Assembly (NCBI GenBank): GCA_035289865.1
Contig: DATDVW010000084.1
Span: 1-37,795 of the forward strand
Length of the DNA stretch: 37,795 bases
Source of the DNA: Candidatus Nanoarchaeia archaeon
GTDB taxonomy: Archaea; Nanobdellota; Nanobdellia; Woesearchaeales; JACQNA01
Direction: 5' to 3'
Shown here in pieces: positions 32,802-37,795 of this stretch. The position numbers and the translations under genes are program-made. The notes beneath the pieces were generated by a model that searched no databases, was not told the origin of the DNA, and saw only the letters and a program-made list of their open reading frames with translations. Within the stretch, counting starts at the first letter, position 1, and every line of letters starts with the position of its first letter.

Positions 32802-33511
32802 GCTATCGTGATTTTGTCTCTTATCCCTATATTAAGCTTCTCCTTTGCCGAGCCGCCCCTGACCGAGATCTCCAGGGTGTTGGAGGATCCGGTGATGAGA
32901 AAAGGCATGCCGGAAGGGGCCTCAGCATAGGTCGCATAAAACGGCATCTCTTGCCCATTGACCAGGTATGCCTGCTTTCCTAAGGAGAGCAGCGTCGTGA
33001 TGATATTGCCAAAATGGTCGATATGAACAACCTCTCCCTCCCGGCCATCCCACACAAAGGAGATGGCCTCGCGCAGCTCCGTAGCCCTGCCCAGCGAAGG
33101 GAATGCAGCCCCTGCCTCCAGCATACCTGCTGCCGGAGCAAACACATCCCGGCCATGGAAAGTAGCAGATGCGCCGGCTGTCGGAAGTGCAACTGTCTCC
33201 AGCAGCCCGTCATCATGGCAGGCCGGATGCAGCAGCCCGTTATCCGGGCCGATAAAGGTATAATGGCTGGTTTTGACAGCCACTGCCTGGCGCTCGCTTC
33301 CCACCCCGGGATCCACAACAGCCAGGAATATGGTCCCCTCTGGAAAACGCCGGTAGTTCTGCAGGAGCAGCCAGGCTGCCTGGCGGACATGCTGGGGCTC
33401 TACCCCATGGTATAAGTCAATGATCTGGGCATGGGGAGCCTTCTGGAGGATAACTCCCTTCATGATGCCCACATACTCGCTCTGCCCAAAATCAGTCAAA
33501 AGAGCTATCAT
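32798..33511 (-). CDS. SAM hydroxide adenosyltransferase family protein (DUF62, chlorinase/fluorinase-like fold)
   Basis: MIALLTDFGQSEYVGIMKGVIL is the family's characteristic N-terminus, and VVDPGVG, IGPDNGLL and FHGRDVFAP are present. The ORF could extend to GTG 33565. The stop overlaps the cysS start by 4 nt. Confidence 0.75.
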   Translation of the reverse strand: MIALLTDFGQSEYVGIMKGVILQKAPHAQIIDLYHGVEPQHVRQAAWLLLQNYRRFPEGTIFLAVVDPGVGSERQAVAVKTSHYTFIGPDNGLLHPACHDDGLLETVALPTAGASATFHGRDVFAPAAGMLEAGAAFPSLGRATELREAISFVWDGREGEVVHIDHFGNIITTLLSLGKQAYLVNGQEMPFYATYAEAPSGMPFLITGSSNTLEISVRGGSAKEKLNIGIRDKITIA

Positions 33512-33652
33512 CAGGGGGAGAAATTGGGCATTCTTTATAAGATTGTCCACCAGTATATTAATCACTATAAAGTGAATTTAAAAGGGAATATTTATAAAGA
33601 AGTAAAAAGTACCGATTCCTGGTAAAAACGGGGAGATCCCAGAAAGTTTGGC

Positions 33653-34360
33653 CTATTCCAGAGCAGCATCCCTAAGGGATAATAGCGCTTTCTTATGCTG
33701 GTCAAAGGTCTTTTGATCGAATCTTCCGTACACCCCTGCAAGCCCGTCTCTAAACTGTTTGGAGTCCACTTTCTCCATTATTTTTGACAGCCGATCATGG
33801 AGATTATAGCGTGATGATACCTCAGAGATGATCCACTTTTTGTCCTGGGCATGGGGGAGCATCATGAAGATATCCCGTATGTCCGCAGGCCTGCAGGAGA
33901 TTATTTTCATTGCCAGCAGCGCATCAGCATTGATGATGCGCAGCTTGAGTTCCTCCGGTATGGTCTTTCCCTTTAAGATACGCATTTTCGAATGCGCAAA
34001 TATCCATTCAGCGGTGAACAGGGCGCCGGTTGCCCGGTCGCTGACATTCCGGACCATGACGTCCATGCTCACGGCAAAACCATGCTCGATTCTTTTTTCA
34101 TACCGCAAGAAGCTTCCCGGATACGGCGCATCTTGGGGAAGATGCTCTTGCCGGTAGCCGATGCCGGTGAGGATGGTGCGGATATCCTGCAGCGCAGCCT
34201 CATCGGCAATCACGATGTCGCAGTCCACGGAGAACCTGGGCAATGCATACGCATTCACCGCATATCCTCCGATGATGGCGAAGCTGCATCCCCGCAGCGC
34301 CGTCAGGCTCCTGAATATCTCCTGTTCCCGCAAGGAAAATAAATTGCTCACCATGCTCAA
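33653..34360 (-). CDS. nucleotidyltransferase-fold protein, AbiEii-like toxin candidate
   Basis: FAIIGGYAVNAYALPRFSVDCDIVI fits the GGxA...xxDxD NTase pattern. It is paired with an upstream wHTH gene through a 4-nt overlap. Confidence 0.5.
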   Translation of the reverse strand: MSMVSNLFSLREQEIFRSLTALRGCSFAIIGGYAVNAYALPRFSVDCDIVIADEAALQDIRTILTGIGYRQEHLPQDAPYPGSFLRYEKRIEHGFAVSMDVMVRNVSDRATGALFTAEWIFAHSKMRILKGKTIPEELKLRIINADALLAMKIISCRPADIRDIFMMLPHAQDKKWIISEVSSRYNLHDRLSKIMEKVDSKQFRDGLAGVYGRFDQKTFDQHKKALLSLRDAALE

Positions 34361-34950
34361 GCACCATATTTCTTTCTGATGTAGCCTAATGCATAGGCAT
34401 ATGCGTCATTTGAGCGTGCATATGTTCTCGTTTCTTCCAATGGATCCACTTCGAATCCGTTTTTTTCCACACAGGAGAACGCGCGTACAGGAACCATGAT
34501 CACAAATTCACCTATGGTTCCCCCGGAATGGGTATAGTGTGGGATCTCATTCCGGTTGAAGAATGCCTTCCAGTAGCTGATATCTTTTTTCAAGACCTTG
34601 ATAAAATACGGTGATTTTTCCAATCCCCGCTGCATATAGGAGAAATCAGACCATATCTCGACTGCGGAGGATCGGGTAAATGCATATGTTTTCTCGGCAC
34701 GCGTGATGATGTCCGGGACGCGAAAATCCAACAATCCCCGTATGGCGTCAGCAGGCCTGAGGCAGGAGTACGTCTGGCGGGAATTCTTGCGGATCCACCC
34801 TGCCCGCACCAACAAGGAAAATATCTTCTTTTTCATGCTCGGTGACACGATCCAGTCTAACTCCGACTGTATGAACTTCTCCTGGCTGCCATGCCGGGAA
34901 AACAACAAGGCATACGCCTTTAATCCGTATTGGGGTATTTCTATAGTCAT
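34357..34950 (-). CDS. wHTH-type protein, AbiEi-like antitoxin/regulator candidate
   Basis: It is 197 aa and overlaps the NTase gene (34357-34360). A perfect palindrome and a TATA-like box lie directly upstream. The family assignment rests on context only. Confidence 0.4.
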   Translation of the reverse strand: MTIEIPQYGLKAYALLFSRHGSQEKFIQSELDWIVSPSMKKKIFSLLVRAGWIRKNSRQTYSCLRPADAIRGLLDFRVPDIITRAEKTYAFTRSSAVEIWSDFSYMQRGLEKSPYFIKVLKKDISYWKAFFNRNEIPHYTHSGGTIGEFVIMVPVRAFSCVEKNGFEVDPLEETRTYARSNDAYAYALGYIRKKYGA

Positions 34951-34951
34951 A

Positions 34952-34972
34952 TAGTTACCTATTAGGTAACTA
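34952..34972. promoter_or_regulatory. 21-bp perfect palindrome TAGTTACCTA-T-TAGGTAACTA (operator candidate)
   Basis: It has 10-bp arms around one central base. It starts 2 nt upstream of the start codon at 34950 and lies just downstream of a TTTAAATATT box (34972-34981, minus-strand sense). Confidence 0.6.
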
Positions 34973-35117
34973 ATATTTAAATGTTGTGGTCACTAATTTG
35001 ATAACTACTATATAGTAGCGAAAGATTTATATAGCACATACGGATTCCAAACAGAGAGGCAGATGTGCCAGAATAACGCCTATAAATGGCGAATTCATTA
35101 TTTATACGAGGTATACG

Positions 35118-35252
35118 ATGCAAAAAGTAGCAAAATGTACGGAGTGCGGCGCCCTGCGCATCCTGCGGGATGAGCTCTGCAAGCGCTGCGCCATGAACGG
35201 ATTCCATGAGGTGGAGCATGGCCCAAGTGAGGCAATTGCCAGTCCAGCATAA
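35118..35252 (+). CDS. possible 44-aa zinc-ribbon protein
   Basis: Translation is MQKVAKCTECGALRILRDELCKRCAMNGFHEVEHGPSEAIASPA, with a CxxC-x11-CxxC pattern. It is below the ORF-track cutoff. A CCTATAAATGG box lies about 30 nt upstream. Confidence 0.3.
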   Translation: MQKVAKCTECGALRILRDELCKRCAMNGFHEVEHGPSEAIASPA

Positions 35253-35381
35253 TATCACCAATCTGGATGAGCAGACTGAATCCCGCATCAGGCAGCTCTG
35301 CATGAGCCGCGGCCTGACCTTTGTCGAGGCAAGGGAAAGGGTGTTTGCGAGAAGGAAAAGCCGTTCTTTATAGGGTGTTTT

Positions 35382-35753
35382 ATGGACGAATTAACCACTT
35401 TAGTAGGAAAGAGTTTTGATGAAACGCAGGCTTACCTGATTGGTCGGGTATCTGAGGCGGGGGAAAGGTTTGGGATATTCACAGGAATAAGCCATTTTGA
35501 GCACGTAGCAAATAATATAAGCAATATTGTGCAAACAATGTTATTCAGGAAAAGGGTTGAAGAGTTAAGCGATGATGACCGAGCAATAGCGGAAAGAGAA
35601 TTGCGGGCATTTAACTTGTATCTCCGTATGGTTGAACAGAATCCTGTTTTCAGGAAACAGGAAGCGAGAAGCGCATATGAGTACAATCCTGCCACACCCA
35701 ATGGCGTGACTGGGTATGTGTTTGAGCAGGCAAAGAGATTCGGGATGGAATAA
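35382..35753 (+). CDS. hypothetical protein (123 aa, helical)
   Basis: It is a clean ORF with an ATG start. I recognise no motif. The antisense ORFs here are shorter and of lower quality. Confidence 0.4.
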   Translation: MDELTTLVGKSFDETQAYLIGRVSEAGERFGIFTGISHFEHVANNISNIVQTMLFRKRVEELSDDDRAIAERELRAFNLYLRMVEQNPVFRKQEARSAYEYNPATPNGVTGYVFEQAKRFGME

Positions 35754-35769
35754 GGCATATGCTCTGGTC

Positions 35770-36438
35770 TTATCTCTTTTTGCACACGAACAGGCAATGG
35801 TCCTTCTCAAACGGGTCCAGCACCCGGTAGTCCACCACGGCGATATGCTGCTCAAGTTCCTTCCGCACCTGCTGGAAGATCGCGCTCGGCTTCTTGGTGA
35901 CGTCGATCGAGCGGGCCTTCACCACCAGGACGGCGAATCCGCCCTGCTTCAGGAACAGGCGGCAGTTCCTCAGGAAAATCTCCGCCTGGTTCCGCTGGGC
36001 GATGTCCTGATAGACGAAATCAGCCCCGCTCGCCCGGTGCGCATAGGACTCGGGATGGAATGCGTCGGCCAGTATCGGCGCCATGTTGCTTCGCCGCTCG
36101 CAGAGAAAGACCAGGTCACGAGTGCTTCGCGGGGCAGAGTCGATGCAGAACACAAATCCCTCTTTCCCCACCAGGTCAGAGACAAAGGACGGGGTGTATC
36201 CGTAGCTCGCCCCCAGGTACAGCGCCACATCGCCCGGCTTGACGCCGAGCTGCGAGATCCCCTTCATCAGGCTGGCGCCGAGCTTGCTTCTGGTCGGATC
36301 GATCACCCGGTACTCCTCCCCCTTCTCGGAGATAATCTGCTCCCCGAACTGCGCCCCGGAGATCAGGTTCTTGGTGAGGAACAGCCGCTTCTTGCCGTGC
36401 ATCTCGAACAGCCCGGCGAACTTGCTCGGGGAGATCAT
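35770..36438 (-). CDS. flpA: fibrillarin-like rRNA/tRNA 2'-O-methyltransferase
   Basis: YRVIDPTRSKLGA, VLYLGASYGYTPSFVSDLVG, DIAQRNQAEI and VKARSIDVT match archaeal fibrillarin. It overlaps the nop5 stop (ATGA at 36435-36438). Confidence 0.9.
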   Translation of the reverse strand: MISPSKFAGLFEMHGKKRLFLTKNLISGAQFGEQIISEKGEEYRVIDPTRSKLGASLMKGISQLGVKPGDVALYLGASYGYTPSFVSDLVGKEGFVFCIDSAPRSTRDLVFLCERRSNMAPILADAFHPESYAHRASGADFVYQDIAQRNQAEIFLRNCRLFLKQGGFAVLVVKARSIDVTKKPSAIFQQVRKELEQHIAVVDYRVLDPFEKDHCLFVCKKR

Positions 36439-37217
36439 CGCTTCCCCTCCACGTCCTTCCGCAGCTGGTCGCCGATGAATGCTCCTTTGAAATAATCCAC
36501 CCGGGCAGCGATCGCAATCTTGTCCGCAAGGATGCGCGCCATCCTTCCCCGTTGCGCGGCAGGGGCCTGGCCCACCAGCGGATGCTCATGGATGATGCCG
36601 TGCTTCGGCGATTTCGCCCCGCTTCTCAGGTGCCGGAACAGCGCCTTTTCCGCGCCCAGCAGCTGGATGGTGGAGGCAGGAAGCGATGCCAGGCGCTTCA
36701 ATGAGCCCGCACGGAGGATGAGCTGTGCGCCCAGCGATGCCCCGGCCAGGGCAGCGATGTTCCTGCAGGAGCGCTCCATGGCAGAGGTAAGGTATTCCTC
36801 CTGTGCCCGCCGCAGGGCAAAGAGCCTGCCGATCTCTGCGGCAAGCTCCTGCATGGCCTGGAGGTCTGCCGCCGCAAGGCTGGCTCCCATGGAATCCTTT
36901 GGCTTTTTCCCGGAAAACGCCAGCTCCAGGAGCTTTTCATGGTCGCGCACGTCATGGGAGATCTCCGGGTGGTGCAGCTCGATCCACTCCCGGAACCGCT
37001 TCATCAGGATATTGATCACCCGGTTCAGCTCGGTGATGCAGCTGACCGCCTGCTTGATCAGCTCATCCGCATGCACCGCTTCCCTGATCTGCTGCCTGGT
37101 GAGCGCGATGTTCTTTTCGCGGAAGGCTGCAAAGTATTTGGGCTGCTTCAGCTGCTGGAGGAATGCAGGGATGTCTGCTGACGAGCGCTCTCCCGTGACG
37201 CTGGTGAAGGGTTCCAT
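36435..37217 (-). CDS. nop5: Nop5 (Nop56/58-like) box C/D sRNP protein, short form (260 aa)
   Basis: The NOP domain is LAGASLGAQLILRAGSLKRLASLPASTIQLLGAEKALFRHL...PKHGIIHEHPLV...RGRMARILADKIAIAARVDYF, and the upstream REWIELHHPEIS helix is present. There are only about 50 aa where the fibrillarin-binding N-terminal domain (NTD) would be. Confidence 0.85.
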   Translation of the reverse strand: MEPFTSVTGERSSADIPAFLQQLKQPKYFAAFREKNIALTRQQIREAVHADELIKQAVSCITELNRVINILMKRFREWIELHHPEISHDVRDHEKLLELAFSGKKPKDSMGASLAAADLQAMQELAAEIGRLFALRRAQEEYLTSAMERSCRNIAALAGASLGAQLILRAGSLKRLASLPASTIQLLGAEKALFRHLRSGAKSPKHGIIHEHPLVGQAPAAQRGRMARILADKIAIAARVDYFKGAFIGDQLRKDVEGKR

Positions 37218-37239
37218 ACGACGGAGAAGTGCCGGGAGG

Positions 37240-37247
37240 TTTATAAA
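37240..37247 (-). promoter_or_regulatory. TATA box TTTATAAA for the nop5-flpA operon
   Basis: It lies 23 nt upstream of ATG 37217. This supports the short Nop5 start. Confidence 0.5.
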
Positions 37248-37259
37248 GATTGATATTGG

Positions 37260-37795
37260 TTACGGAGCGGCAATCTTCCACAGCTGCTCGAAATATTTCT
37301 TCTGGTTCTGGGCCATCTCCGCGTTCTCGATCATCACGGCAAACGGCTCCCGGGTCCAGGACTGGAGGATTACCTTGTTCGCGTAGATGACCGTGGCAGT
37401 TGGCGATTCCAGCGCAATAGGCATGAACCGGTATTTCGTGTACTGCAATGAGGCTGCCTTGTCCCTTGCCTTTTGCCGGGCTTGGGGGGTGTTATTGTAG
37501 ATGACGTGCATTTCCACACGCTTCTTGATGCGTTTCTTATGCCATTCATCCATAAAGGCAGGGATGACGTCGTAGGACGAGCGGGAGCTTCCGTAGGCAA
37601 AGAATGCCTGGATGCGGGAATGGAGGATATCATTCATCACGGATTTCATCCCCTCTTTCCCCCCATAGATGGTGACCCTCGGCCGGACGGAGCCCCGTTC
37701 TTTCTGCAGCACCTGGAGAGAGGGTAGTATTGCGGAGATCGCGCTTTCCTTTTCCCGGAGGATGCGCAGCAGCTCGCGCGGATCAGCGGCCAGGA
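37260..37795 (-). CDS. TrmB-family regulator paralog, N-terminus beyond the window edge
   Basis: The frame stays open upstream of the track's GTG at 37712 through to the window end (...LAADPRELLRILREKESAISAILPSLQVLQKERGSV...). The C-terminal domain is homologous to the gene at 14915-15664. Confidence 0.7.
   Translation of the reverse strand, partial: LAADPRELLRILREKESAISAILPSLQVLQKERGSVRPRVTIYGGKEGMKSVMNDILHSRIQAFFAYGSSRSSYDVIPAFMDEWHKKRIKKRVEMHVIYNNTPQARQKARDKAASLQYTKYRFMPIALESPTATVIYANKVILQSWTREPFAVMIENAEMAQNQKKYFEQLWKIAAP

Noticed and set aside
33512-33565. An 18-codon N-terminal extension of the DUF62 gene from GTG 33565, which has a TATA box 26 nt upstream.
   Set aside because: The family N-terminus is characteristically M-x-x-LLTDFG, matching ATG 33511. 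The extension (INILVDNLIKNAQFLPL) has no counterpart that I know of. The transcript may still start near 33565, so the point remains open.
35255-35290. I searched the intergenic regions for box C/D sRNAs, which are expected because flpA/nop5 are present. Examples examined were GGATGAG...CTGA near 35265-35280 and TTGATGAG at 11344-11351.
   Set aside because: No candidate had properly spaced C (RUGAUGA) and D (CUGA) boxes with a terminal stem and a guide of at least 10 nt. The hits are too short or lie inside coding or relic sequence.
34977-35303. ORF 34977-35303 (minus strand, 108 aa).
   Set aside because: Its 3' part runs through the promoter-like AT-rich and palindromic region (CTACTATATAGTAG at 35005-35018). 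It has no recognisable motif and lies antisense to a more plausible CxxC...CxxC zinc-ribbon frame at 35118-35252.

Overview
This 37.8-kb fragment is archaeal. It carries the eukaryote/archaeal-type GlyRS, fibrillarin with Nop5, the RFC large subunit, TrmB and Lrp regulators, and TTTATAAA boxes 22-24 nt upstream of start codons. An unusual tRNA intron and the compact, overlapping genes are compatible with a DPANN-like lineage, but that assignment is only a guess. GC-rich housekeeping genes (glyS, valS, cysS, rfcL, flpA/nop5, an OB-fold SSB-like gene, NDH-2, DoxX) alternate with three accessory modules.

(1) 576-14594: a translationally coupled operon encodes an RHH regulator, a dockerin-tagged M64-like metalloprotease with a Cys-rich repeat insert, a small membrane-anchored protein, a PilB/FlaI-family ATPase and a dockerin-tagged S8 subtilase with a beta-propeller. 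Its FlaJ/TadC-like platform gene lies beyond an AT-rich insert that carries MNT/HEPN modules and gene relics. No pilin gene is visible. This is my best candidate for an undescribed system.

(2) 21542-28559: a B12-type radical SAM gene, two tandem-Lrp genes, a membrane JAMM protease, a methyltransferase and a fold-type-III decarboxylase homolog that lacks the PLP lysine.

(3) 33653-34972: an AbiE-like NTase/wHTH pair with a perfect palindromic operator.

I also found a tRNA-Phe with a 15-nt insert in the T-loop, and two copies of a 142-bp MITE-like hairpin element, each with its own target-site duplication. All calls rest on reading motifs by eye; no database search was possible.
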